From Minisyncoccota bacterium (GTDB lineage Bacteria; Patescibacteriota; Minisyncoccia; Phycocordibacterales; UBA9973): DNA of 64,000 nucleotides. Below, one piece after another: positions 38,304 through 47,582 of this stretch (position 1 is the stretch's first letter; each line of letters opens with the position of its first letter). The stretch is from contig JBAYKO010000002.1 in the NCBI GenBank assembly GCA_041664605.1, positions 7,453 through 71,452 of the forward strand. The letters are read 5' to 3'. Made by a program: the position numbers and the translations under genes. The notes below the pieces were generated by a model that was not told where the DNA came from, did no database searches, and saw nothing but the letters and a program-made list of their open reading frames with translations.

Positions 38304-39638
38304 TTAAATTTCTATCCATTTAGCTTTTTTATTTGAAGTTGATGAAGGACATGGCAAATCGTCTGGCCCTTGAATACCCTCATCATTTGGGCAAAGATCA
38401 AGAGGTTGGTCATTACAAAGAAGGTCAATCACTGGAGCTGATATTTCTTGATGATAAATAATAGATGGATCTTCAAGGTCAACACAATCTATAGAAGCAC
38501 TACTCGAATTTAAATTATATGGTATTAAAATATTATCAGCTTGTTGAGGATGTCCCCCTGTTACAGGAGGGGTAAAATTATAACCCCAAGATGTCTCACA
38601 ATAACCAACATCAAAAACATTATATACAATTTCATACCACTCATCTGCACTAGAGACACAAGTGGTAGGTGAGTATAAATACCATGATGGATTTAACGGA
38701 ACATAACTAACTGTTGTAGAAGCTGTTTGAGTTGCCATACTTGGAACTTCTATACAACTAATAGTGAAAGTTGTTGTTGAATTAGTTAATGGAACATCCA
38801 CTAATTTTGTAAATGGCCCAAAACCATTACCATTATTAGGAACCTGAATAGTATCGCCTGACGATGTAGTACCAAATAAACCATCCCAATCATTTGATCC
38901 ATCTACGGTAGCAGTACATGGACTTGAGCCTGAGCAAGAGAATGCTTCACAATTATTAAAGTTTGTTGATGTTGGAGACTGCCAAGTTAATGTAGTCGTA
39001 TTATTAGAAAATGTGATAGATGAAGGAGAAGCTGAAATCTGAAGGTCGGCCGCACCCCCTGTTGCAATTTTCATATTACTAAAATCTACCCAACCAACAA
39101 CATAAGAACCCCAGCCCATGTGAGTGCCTGTTGCTTTCATAACTTCTAAATCTGGGTCTGTTAAAGGTGGCGTGTCTGGCCCAAAAGCAATTGGTTCTGT
39201 AGAGTCTGGATTACCAAATAAAATCCACCCATCCCAACCATCGTTTGACCCGTTTATTGCCTTTGCAAAACCAACAACAGTATTTGTATCAGGATCAAAA
39301 TATGCCCCAGTTCTCCAGCTATTAGGGACACCATCAGTAGGGAAACTACTTAATCCACCAAATTTAACCCAGCCAATGTTCGAAGACCATGCGTAACCAG
39401 AAAGTTCGTTTTGAGAATTTATTTCTACTCCATATGGTACATTCCCATTAGAGCAATCAGGATTAGAACCCATTGGGTTATTACAATTATTGAAACTTAT
39501 CCAACCAATGTTTTGAGACCATGCTTCACCATAAACATTTTGCATTGGACTAGCAAAAGTTTTTTGATTTGTAAAAAATAAGGAGATTATAAAAATAAAA
39601 ATAAATAATGAGAATTTAAAAATTTTACCTTTTATCAT
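38304..39638 (-). CDS. Secreted protein with N-terminal NIGW/IGWV tryptophan repeats
   Basis: Signal MIKGKIFKFSLFIFIFIISLFF; repeats AWSQNIGWISFN, YAWSSNIGWVKFG, GWGSYVVGWVDFSN. Start is uncertain; the ORF track extends to 39710. Confidence 0.55.
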   Translation of the reverse strand: MIKGKIFKFSLFIFIFIISLFFTNQKTFASPMQNVYGEAWSQNIGWISFNNCNNPMGSNPDCSNGNVPYGVEINSQNELSGYAWSSNIGWVKFGGLSSFPTDGVPNSWRTGAYFDPDTNTVVGFAKAINGSNDGWDGWILFGNPDSTEPIAFGPDTPPLTDPDLEVMKATGTHMGWGSYVVGWVDFSNMKIATGGAADLQISASPSSITFSNNTTTLTWQSPTSTNFNNCEAFSCSGSSPCTATVDGSNDWDGLFGTTSSGDTIQVPNNGNGFGPFTKLVDVPLTNSTTTFTISCIEVPSMATQTASTTVSYVPLNPSWYLYSPTTCVSSADEWYEIVYNVFDVGYCETSWGYNFTPPVTGGHPQQADNILIPYNLNSSSASIDCVDLEDPSIIYHQEISAPVIDLLCNDQPLDLCPNDEGIQGPDDLPCPSSTSNKKAKWIEI

Positions 39639-39837
39639 ATCTAAAATAATAACACAAATACATTTTAATTTAAACACACTGTGGAAAAACAAACCATCTT
39701 CCCAAATCAAAAAAGGTTATAATTTTTAGTTTTAGTCCTAAAAAAATTAGGACTTTATTGTTACTTATCTGTATAATTTGAATAGACTTTTTATTGTACA
39801 AAAAAATAATAAAATACTATGAAAGGAGGTGTTAAAT

Positions 39838-40056
39838 ATGGGTTTATTTGATTTTATTTTTGGTTCGAGTACAGGCTCTGACCCAAAGACCAGGGTTTCA
39901 GATAACGGAGAAAAAATAACCGTAAGAAATAGTGATGTTGTTTTTGATCACAATTCAGGAAAACACGAAACTGCTTGGTCAAAAACAGAAGTTGATACAA
40001 GGACTGGTGATTCAAAAACAAGTGAAGGTGCACATGGGTCCAACTACCAAAAATGA
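39838..40056 (+). CDS. Small hypothetical protein (72 aa) with a canonical Shine-Dalgarno
   Basis: GAAAGGAGGTGTTAAATATG. This is the only clear GGAGG Shine-Dalgarno seen in the window. Confidence 0.45.
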   Translation: MGLFDFIFGSSTGSDPKTRVSDNGEKITVRNSDVVFDHNSGKHETAWSKTEVDTRTGDSKTSEGAHGSNYQK

Positions 40057-40139
40057 GTTATCAAATTCATTTTTGGTATACAAAAAAAACGCTGGGGTAT
40101 GTTATACATTCAGCGTTTTTTATTTTATAATAGAAGGGT

Positions 40140-40418
40140 ATGAACAAAATAACATCAGAAGAAAATAAAGAACTATTTTTAAAAACTTCTATTGTGATGG
40201 GCTTTATTTTATTAGGAGAAAATATTTTAGCAAAAGAATTATTTGAAAAACTAAATTTTCTAAAATTAAAAGATTCTAAAAATAGAGTCAATCCATATTT
40301 ATATAATCTAGCTTATGAGTTATTTCTATTTTTTGATGATAGAGATGTGACAACAATAGAAGATATTAAATCTGAATACAGAAAATGTTGTATTGAATAT
40401 AAAAATTTAGATAAATAA
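40140..40418 (+). CDS. Hypothetical protein (92 aa)
   Basis: ORF followed by a bidirectional terminator at 40433-40463. Confidence 0.4.
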   Translation: MNKITSEENKELFLKTSIVMGFILLGENILAKELFEKLNFLKLKDSKNRVNPYLYNLAYELFLFFDDRDVTTIEDIKSEYRKCCIEYKNLDK

Positions 40419-40468
40419 ATAATATAAAAAACAAATCCCCCGCCGGTTACACCGTGGGGGATTTTAAA

Positions 40469-42037
40469 TTAGTTAGAAACAACAATTTTACCTTTTTTGA
40501 TATTCAAATCATAAAGGTAAATTCCAGAAGAAACATTTAAATTAATGATTTCTTCTTGTTTGTCTATCTTTTTCGAAAAAATAAGCCTCGAGGAAAGATC
40601 GTAGAGATTGAAAGTAAAACCTTGTGCATTTGTAATAATTAAATTACCAATAGTAGGATTTGGAAACAAAGAAATCTGATTTTCTCCAATATTTTCCTCC
40701 GTTACCGAAGTTATTATTGAATAGCAGATTTGTTGTGTGGGTGTAGCTGAACCAACAATAGTTGCTGGAGTATTAACTACAACAGAATCTGTAACATCAA
40801 CTGTCTGTAAAACAACATTATTAACAACAGTCGCTGGTGTAGAAGATATCATTCCTGCATTTTCTTCATCACATCCAGATGTTCCTGACCATTCAGCTTT
40901 TACTAAATAAAGTTTGCTTTGTGAAAAACCAGTTGCAATAAAACCTCCATCAGATGTTTGCATCCCAGAATAAAAATAGTCACCATTTGTAGTCGATAAA
41001 CCAATTAATTTATTCCATAAAATTGAGCCGTTAGCATCAATTTTTACCAAGCAAGCATCATCATCCCAATCTGTAGAATCGCCAGACATTCCAAAAATTG
41101 CATACCCGCCATCAGATGTTTGAGACATTGAATAACTTCTTTCCCAATTTCCATTACCAATAGTCTTAGACCATTCAAGATTTCCATTTGCATCAGTTTT
41201 TACAACATAAAAGTTGTCATCATATTGAGTGTTAACAAAACTTTCAGTGTACCCACAAGCAATAAAACCCCCATCTTGAGTTTGAAGTACTGAATAACCA
41301 CCATCAGCAAGGGGTCCGCCATAAAGTTTTGACCACACTAGATTACCAAGACTATCAGTCTTAATTAGACAAAGATCATAATTACCAGCACCAATATATC
41401 CTCCGTGCCAACCAGTAATAATAAAACCATGATCATTTGTCTGTTGGATTGAAAGTCCGTAATCAGTATCACCACCATCATACATCTTAGACCATTGTAA
41501 GTTTCCATTTGAATTAAGTTTAATAATCCAAATATCAGCAAAAATTGAGCCAAAACCTTCGGTGTATCCCAAAATAACGTAGCCTCCATCAGATGTTTGT
41601 TTTACGGAATAGGAGTAATCATCTCTGTCTGACGAAAATGTTCTTGACCATTCTAAGTTTCCGCTTGCATCAGTTTTAATCACGTAAACGTCTTCAAAGT
41701 ATATTAGGGTTGGAAACGAAGAAGTTTCCCCTGCGATAATATAGCCACCGTCAGATGTTAATTCAATAGAGTAACCAACATCAATACCAGTTCCACCATA
41801 AGTTTTACTCCATAATTTAATACCATCTGCATCAGTTTTAATGAGACAGACTTCATCGTTTACATACCCAGTGATGACATATCCACCATCGGGTGTTTGT
41901 TTTACATCGTTTCCCAGCCCAGCTGATCCAAATAATCTTTGGAAAATAGGCATTTGAGTTTGAGTTTTCCCTGTTTGAGCTATCAATACGAAGCCAAACA
42001 AAAGAATAATAATTGTGAAAAATTTGTTTGTTTTCAT
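40469..42037 (-). CDS. Secreted beta-propeller-like repeat protein (SDGGY repeats) with a C-terminal domain resembling a Por/T9SS-type sorting domain
   Basis: Signal peptide; at least six repeats of (T/Q)(S/N)DGG(Y/F)(I/V/A)I.G. The C-terminus reads LFPNPTIGNLII...FNLYDLSSRLIF...GIYLYDLNIKKGKI. Confidence 0.55.
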   Translation of the reverse strand: MKTNKFFTIIILLFGFVLIAQTGKTQTQMPIFQRLFGSAGLGNDVKQTPDGGYVITGYVNDEVCLIKTDADGIKLWSKTYGGTGIDVGYSIELTSDGGYIIAGETSSFPTLIYFEDVYVIKTDASGNLEWSRTFSSDRDDYSYSVKQTSDGGYVILGYTEGFGSIFADIWIIKLNSNGNLQWSKMYDGGDTDYGLSIQQTNDHGFIITGWHGGYIGAGNYDLCLIKTDSLGNLVWSKLYGGPLADGGYSVLQTQDGGFIACGYTESFVNTQYDDNFYVVKTDANGNLEWSKTIGNGNWERSYSMSQTSDGGYAIFGMSGDSTDWDDDACLVKIDANGSILWNKLIGLSTTNGDYFYSGMQTSDGGFIATGFSQSKLYLVKAEWSGTSGCDEENAGMISSTPATVVNNVVLQTVDVTDSVVVNTPATIVGSATPTQQICYSIITSVTEENIGENQISLFPNPTIGNLIITNAQGFTFNLYDLSSRLIFSKKIDKQEEIINLNVSSGIYLYDLNIKKGKIVVSN

Positions 42038-42195
42038 AGTTTCAATAGCCCCTCCTTGAGACTTATTTTTTATTGTTTAAGAACTTTTAACACTTCTTAA
42101 GAAAGTGTTAGGCGAACATTTACACAGTAAGTGTTTTAGCCTTTTCTGCCCCAACTTTACCATATTTTTCAACGCAAGTCAAAGAAATGTGGATA

Positions 42196-42328
42196 ACCCC
42201 CACACCTATCCCGCCCTTATTCTGCTTTTCAATAACCACTCCTATTATAATCTCAACAACTTATCTAGGTTTAATATTTAAAGAACAGTCTATCTACAGA
42301 ATAAAAGCAAGGGCGGGACAGGTGTGGG
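42196..42328. repeat. MITE-like inverted-repeat element (arms CCCCACACCTATCCCGCCCTTATTCTGCTTT / CAGAATAAAAGCAAGGGCGGGACAGGTGTGGGG, 64-bp loop)
   Basis: ~30-bp imperfect inverted repeat. The core TTATTCTGCTTT...CAGAATAAAAGCAA is shared with the element at 57334-57440. Confidence 0.65.
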
Positions 42329-42434
42329 GGATAACCCGTGCATTCTCACTTCCGAAAAGGACCGCTCTTTTTGAGATTTAGTTTTACAAAAAATCCCCCG
42401 ATATCAATCGGGGAATTTTTATTTTCTCTATTTA

Positions 42435-42839
42435 TTATAGATTTTTGAGAGAGTTCAATAAGTCTAATTTTTGTTGATCTGTTAGTCCGTCACTATTTTT
42501 TGTAGTTCCTGAATTTGCTCCAGAAGTAGAGCCAGTTGTTCCCGATGTTGTACCACTAGTATTTTTTACAGTACCGGATGATAAATTATTTAAAATTTTT
42601 GCTTTTTGATCGGTTGTTAGATTCATGTCTTTTGAAGAATCAGACAGGTCTTTTAAAATATCCAATTTTTGTTGCTCATTTAAGTTATTCATATCAACAG
42701 GCTTTCTAAGTAATAAATAACCAACAACAAGAAGTGCTGTAAGTGCCACTATTAATAAAATTATTCTTAATTTATTTTTTGGATTTTTTAAATCCATTGC
42801 TCCACTATTTTTTTGAGGAAAAATATTTATACTTTTCAT
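42435..42839 (-). CDS. Hypothetical membrane-anchored protein with Ser/Thr/Gly-rich segment (134 aa)
   Basis: TM anchor, then SGTTSGTTGSTSGANSGTT. Confidence 0.45.
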   Translation of the reverse strand: MKSINIFPQKNSGAMDLKNPKNKLRIILLIVALTALLVVGYLLLRKPVDMNNLNEQQKLDILKDLSDSSKDMNLTTDQKAKILNNLSSGTVKNTSGTTSGTTGSTSGANSGTTKNSDGLTDQQKLDLLNSLKNL

Positions 42840-42943
42840 AAGATTGTGTCTGTCATCTAAGACAGAAAAATTATTTATTTACCCTGAGTTTATCGAAGGG
42901 TTACCTTAATCATAACATTTAAGAAATCGAGCAACAAGAAACC

Positions 42944-43294
42944 TTGTGGGAAAAACCCCCACACCTTTTATTTTATTGTCTTAGGTCATATACCTGCACA
43001 ACCTTTCAAGAAGAAAGGTGTGGAGGTATAATTTTTTATATGTATTATTTATATATTCTAAAAAGTTTAAAAGATGAAAAATTGTATATTGGTTCAACTA
43101 ATGACCTAAGACGAAGACTTTCGGAACATAATAATGGCCTTAATCGTTCAACAAAAGCACGACTGCCATTTGAAATTAGGTATTACGAAGCTTATAAAAG
43201 TGAGTATGATGCTAGAAAAAGAGAATATTCATTAAAAAAAGATGGAAAGGCATTAGGGCAACTAAAAAAGAGAATATCCGAAAGTCTTCTATAA
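42944..43294 (+). CDS. GIY-YIG nuclease domain protein (likely starts at internal Met about 43040, ~85 aa)
   Basis: YYLYILKSLKDEKLYIGSTNDLRRRLSEHN is GIY-YIG. Flanked by CCCCCACACCTTTT (42956-42969) and its exact reverse complement AAAAGGTGTGGGGG (43298-43311). Confidence 0.7.
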   Translation: MWEKPPHLLFYCLRSYTCTTFQEERCGGIIFYMYYLYILKSLKDEKLYIGSTNDLRRRLSEHNNGLNRSTKARLPFEIRYYEAYKSEYDARKREYSLKKDGKALGQLKKRISESLL

Positions 43295-43364
43295 AACAAA
43301 AGGTGTGGGGGAAAAGTAAAAGCCCCCAACCGTGATTGGGGGCTTTTGAAAGTCATAAAAAATA

Positions 43365-43850
43365 TTAATTCCCGGCAAATAGAAACTTAGTAAGTTCCTG
43401 ATTTGATCCGTAAGAAAATGATGTTTTAAGCTCTGTTCCATTTCTGGGACAAAAACTAAAATAGAAGAAAATTGGTTTTCCAACTAAATGAATAGTATTA
43501 ATGAATGGAAAAATTCTTATTCCAGATTTTCCATGATTAATACCAGCAAAAATTGCTTCATGAATACTCACTTGTCCGAGACTTTGTCCTTTTCCCAAAT
43601 TATCCAGTTGGTAAAAACCAACATTATTTTTTAGAGACAAGAGATGTAAATTTCTGTGTGAGTTTCTTTTGTGACCTTTTTCTTCTTCTGCCAAAATTAA
43701 ATGGCGTAAATAATTCTCTGTTTCAAGACTTATTTTTACAAATTTTTTTAAAAGTGTAAGCAATTCGTCTGCAGACAAACTGTAATCAACTTTCAATCCG
43801 TCTAAAATTTTTCTTTCTTTAATCATTGTATAATTTTTTATAATGAACAA
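43365..43850 (-). CDS. Hypothetical protein (161 aa)
   Basis: ORF only; no recognisable motif. Confidence 0.4.
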   Translation of the reverse strand: MFIIKNYTMIKERKILDGLKVDYSLSADELLTLLKKFVKISLETENYLRHLILAEEEKGHKRNSHRNLHLLSLKNNVGFYQLDNLGKGQSLGQVSIHEAIFAGINHGKSGIRIFPFINTIHLVGKPIFFYFSFCPRNGTELKTSFSYGSNQELTKFLFAGN

Positions 43851-44040
43851 ACTTGAAATAGATTAGCATATATCTATAAAAAGTCAAGATTTTGAATATT
43901 TACCAATTTTAGCATTTGACATTTCCTTTAATATGTCTATTATAGTAAATGTAAGTCCGTCACGAAACGGGCTTTTATTTTAAAAAATTTAATATTAAAA
44001 AAATAAAAAAGGTATCGAAAGTTTTGTTTTAGTATTTTAC

Positions 44041-44071
44041 TAGAACCTAGAACCTAGAACCTATCACCTAA
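44041..44071 (+). repeat. CTAGAAC heptad array 5' of nusA
   Basis: TAGAACCTAGAACCTAGAACCTATCACCTAATTT-ATG. Confidence 0.7.
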
Positions 44072-44074
44072 TTT

Positions 44075-45487
44075 ATGTTAGATATAAAAGTAATGAAATC
44101 CGCTCTTGAACAATTAGAAGAAGAGCGAAAAATTCCAAAAGAAAAAATAATCGAAGCTATCGAGCAGGCTGTTGCCGCTGCTTACAAAAAAGATTACGGC
44201 AAGAAAGGCCAGATAGTTAGAACTCATCTTGATATGGATACAGGTGCACTTGAATTTTCTCAAGTAAAAATTGTTGTTGATGACACTCTTGTAAAAATGC
44301 CAAAAGACGAAGATGAGGAAGGTGAAGAAAAACAAACTGAAGAAATTGTTGATGATGGAGATGAGAGAGCTTATTTTAATCCTGAACATCACATCTGGCT
44401 TGAAGATGCAAAAAAAATAAAAAGTAATGTTAAGCTCGAAGAAGAAATTATTTTTCCACTTGAAATGCGTGATGACTTCGGAAGAATCGCAGCACAAACC
44501 GCAAAGCAAGTTATTATCCAAAGAATTCGAGAAGCAGAAAGAGAATCAATTGTCGGAGAGTATGGAGAAAAGGAAGGAGAAATCGTTAGTGGAATAGTTC
44601 AAAAAATTGAACACGGTGATGTCTTCGTAGATTTCAATAGAACAGTCGGAGTAATTCCTTTCAGTGAACAAATTCCAAATGAACACTACAGAAGAGGTGA
44701 AAGAATTCGCGCATACTTGTACATGGTTGAAGAAACTCCACGCGGAGTAAATTTGAGATTATCTCGAACTCATCCAAAATTTTTAGAAAAACTTTTTGAA
44801 ATGGAAGCACCAGAAATCGCAAGTGGCGTTGTTGAAATAAAAAGTGTTGCTCGCGAACCAGGATCAAGATCTAAGATCGCGGTTAAATCAAATGATGAAC
44901 ATATTGATCCAGTGGGATCATGTGTCGGCCAACGCGGTGTCAGAGTTTCGACAGTAATGAATGAATTGGGTGGAGAAAAAATTGATCTTATAGAATGGTC
45001 AGATGATCCAAAAAAATTCGTCTCAAGTTCTCTGTCACCAGCAAAAGTTTTAGATATTGAAATTGATGAAAATTTACATCGTGCAAATGTCGAAGTTGCA
45101 GAAGATCATCTATCTCTTGCAATCGGTAAAGGAGGACAAAATGTTCGTCTCGCTGCAAAATTAACTGGATGGAAAATTGATATCAATGGAGTACAAAATG
45201 AAGAAGTTGCAAGCGATGAAGATAAAATTGAAACTGATAATGATAATGAGGAAATTGATAGTGAAACACTTGAAGAAAAATTTGGAAGCGAACAAGTAGT
45301 TGATGAAACAGATGAAAGCAAGGAAGGAATAGAGAATATTACTGATGAAACTGATGAAGAAGATAGTGATGAAAATGAAAACAAAGTGGGGGATGAACCA
45401 GCTATTCAAATAATAAATGATGAAAAAATAAAAGTTGATGACTCTCCTGCCATAGAAATTGTGAAAGAGAAAAAGAAGAAAAAATAG
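44075..45487 (+). CDS. nusA: Transcription termination/antitermination factor NusA with long acidic C-terminal tail
   Basis: S1 domain (GEIVSGIVQKIEHGDVFVDF) and KH domains (GSRSKIAV...CVGQRGVRV; LAIGKGGQNVRLA), then a D/E-rich C-terminal ~90 aa. Confidence 0.9.
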   Translation: MLDIKVMKSALEQLEEERKIPKEKIIEAIEQAVAAAYKKDYGKKGQIVRTHLDMDTGALEFSQVKIVVDDTLVKMPKDEDEEGEEKQTEEIVDDGDERAYFNPEHHIWLEDAKKIKSNVKLEEEIIFPLEMRDDFGRIAAQTAKQVIIQRIREAERESIVGEYGEKEGEIVSGIVQKIEHGDVFVDFNRTVGVIPFSEQIPNEHYRRGERIRAYLYMVEETPRGVNLRLSRTHPKFLEKLFEMEAPEIASGVVEIKSVAREPGSRSKIAVKSNDEHIDPVGSCVGQRGVRVSTVMNELGGEKIDLIEWSDDPKKFVSSSLSPAKVLDIEIDENLHRANVEVAEDHLSLAIGKGGQNVRLAAKLTGWKIDINGVQNEEVASDEDKIETDNDNEEIDSETLEEKFGSEQVVDETDESKEGIENITDETDEEDSDENENKVGDEPAIQIINDEKIKVDDSPAIEIVKEKKKKK

Positions 45488-45549
45488 AAAAAGAAAAACC
45501 GTTTCGACACCTAAATGTCGAAACGGTTTTTTTGATACTACTGGCATTA

Positions 45550-45777
45550 TTATTTTTTTAACACCGCTTTTAGTGCACCAGAGCCAATCACATAGCCGAT
45601 GTTTAGTATCTCAACAATAAGCCACACCCATAAAATACACAAAATTCCTAAGCCAGAAAAGAGTGATATCAAAAATTTTTTTGTTGAAATATTTTTACAA
45701 ACCTCTTTCCAAAGACTAGAAACCATATCTATGAATTGATCTCTTAACTTTTTAATGCCTGATTTCTTAGCTGCCAT
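45550..45777 (-). CDS. Small membrane protein (75 aa)
   Basis: One or two TM helices; ORF only. Confidence 0.35.
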   Translation of the reverse strand: MAAKKSGIKKLRDQFIDMVSSLWKEVCKNISTKKFLISLFSGLGILCILWVWLIVEILNIGYVIGSGALKAVLKK

Positions 45778-46066
45778 ATTTAAGATCTTTTAAATTCTAG
45801 TACAATTGTATCATATTTAGATTGTTTTGTCAACCCAACATACTTACTTTGTTTTTCGGGATATATCTTTAAAATCAGCCTTCATTTATCTATGCAACAA
45901 AGTAAGTGTATGGGTCAACCCAATAAAATGTAACGATTTTGTCCCTCATTCGGCATAAATGATATAATGTAAAAAACTTCACCCGAAAAATGAAGTAAAA
46001 ATTATTAGTTAAAAATTTATTATTAATTATTAAATAAAAAATCACGAAAAAGAGTTTTGCTCTCAC

Positions 46067-47140
46067 GTGATAAAATATCTTATGAAAAAATTAAAACTCG
46101 CATTCATATTATCCGTTCTTGGTTTAATGGTCATCCCATTTGCAACCAAGGCAGCATCTTGTACAACATTCCCAGCTGCATCTCTATCTCTTGATCCCAA
46201 CACCCCAATCTCACAATTAGTAACAGCTGGATCACAAAACATTGGGTTAGCTAAATTAAAAATTACGGCTGTAAATTGTGATATCACAGTGAAAGGAATA
46301 TCTCTCTATTCATCACCAAATAAAAATACTTTGAAAAATACTCTTAGTGTTTTAAAAATTTATAACGGTGGAACATTACTTGCTTCTGGAACAAATTTAG
46401 ATCCAGATGAAGGACAAGCAGTTGGCATTGGAAACTTCACAACCCCAATATTTTTAACACAAAGACAATCAGTTACATTAACTGTTACTGGAGACATAAA
46501 AACAAATGCCTCAGGAACTCTTGCTGTTGGGTTTAAAGACGCATCAATTTGGGATACAACTCTAAATACACAAACTCCAATGACTGAGTGGTTAACATTT
46601 TTTCCAAAAGGAAATGTAATGACAATTCTTAACACAAGTACATCATCAGATGATGACGAAAATGATGACAGTAAAAATGGAAATAAAAATGAGGAAAATA
46701 ATGAAGACAATGATGACAGAAATAAAAATAATGAAAATTATGGACAAGAAAATTCTGCTTCAAAACAATTAAGAAATGAACAAAGAAAAGAATTGAAAGA
46801 AGCAAAAAAGTTAACTGAGACAAAAGAAAGAGCTGTGAAGAAAATTTCTGCAGCAATAGAAAGATTACAAAAATTACAAGATAGATTACAATCAAGAATT
46901 ACAAAACTTGATGGATCAAAAATAAACACAGTTGAAGCTAAAAAGTTTTTAGAACAATCAAAAACAAAATTAGCTGAAGCAAAAGTTTTATTTGAAAGTC
47001 TAAAAAATGGAACAGTACCACCAACCATAGAACAATTAAAAACTGGTGCAAAAAGTCTTGAAGATATGTTAAAACTTTCAAAAGAATTTTTAACTAACGC
47101 GATTGAATCATTAAAAGCATCTACTCCAAAAACTAATTAA
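46067..47140 (+). CDS. Secreted protein: N-terminal beta domain, acidic Asn/Asp linker, C-terminal coiled coil (357 aa)
   Basis: Signal peptide (KKLKLAFILSVLGLMVIPFATKAAS), then DDDENDDSKNGNKNEENNEDNDD, then K/E-rich helices. Confidence 0.5.
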   Translation: MIKYLMKKLKLAFILSVLGLMVIPFATKAASCTTFPAASLSLDPNTPISQLVTAGSQNIGLAKLKITAVNCDITVKGISLYSSPNKNTLKNTLSVLKIYNGGTLLASGTNLDPDEGQAVGIGNFTTPIFLTQRQSVTLTVTGDIKTNASGTLAVGFKDASIWDTTLNTQTPMTEWLTFFPKGNVMTILNTSTSSDDDENDDSKNGNKNEENNEDNDDRNKNNENYGQENSASKQLRNEQRKELKEAKKLTETKERAVKKISAAIERLQKLQDRLQSRITKLDGSKINTVEAKKFLEQSKTKLAEAKVLFESLKNGTVPPTIEQLKTGAKSLEDMLKLSKEFLTNAIESLKASTPKTN

Positions 47141-47191
47141 CAATTTATTAAACTTGTCCGCCTTTGGTGGATTTAATCTCAAATAAAAAAT

Positions 47192-47455
47192 ATGGAAAAC
47201 GAAAATATAAAAAACGGAGAAAGTAAATCACATGGAGCCTTGATTGGTTCAATCATAGTTGTAGTAATTCTTATCATTGGTGGAATTTATTTTTGGAACA
47301 CAGATGTGAAGCAAGCATTACAAGAAAAACAACTCAATCAACAAGATGAACAATTAGTACAACAATTAAATACACAAGGAACTTCAGATGAACTAGCTGA
47401 TATTGAAAAAGATTTAAATGACACTCAACTAGATAATTTAGATCAAAATATTTAG
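47192..47455 (+). CDS. Small membrane-anchored Gln-rich protein (87 aa)
   Basis: TM helix followed by a Q-rich coiled segment; terminator at 47467-47503. Confidence 0.4.
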   Translation: MENENIKNGESKSHGALIGSIIVVVILIIGGIYFWNTDVKQALQEKQLNQQDEQLVQQLNTQGTSDELADIEKDLNDTQLDNLDQNI

Positions 47456-47582
47456 TCCCCTATTTTAAAAAGCCACCCCGACATAAAGGTCGGGGTGGCT
47501 TTTTATTTTGCAAAATGATAAATTAGAAAAACATTAGAAATTAATCAAGGTATTTTATTAAAAATAACTTACATATATTGAG

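Noticed and set aside
45106-45547. Ser-rich and Phe-rich minus-strand ORFs inside nusA
   Set aside because: They are antisense to the acidic NusA tail (GAA/GAT repeats read backwards) and are spurious.
46360-47028. Three minus-strand ORFs inside the 46067-47140 secreted protein gene
   Set aside because: They are antisense, low-complexity and overlap a plus-strand gene that has a signal peptide and coherent domain structure.
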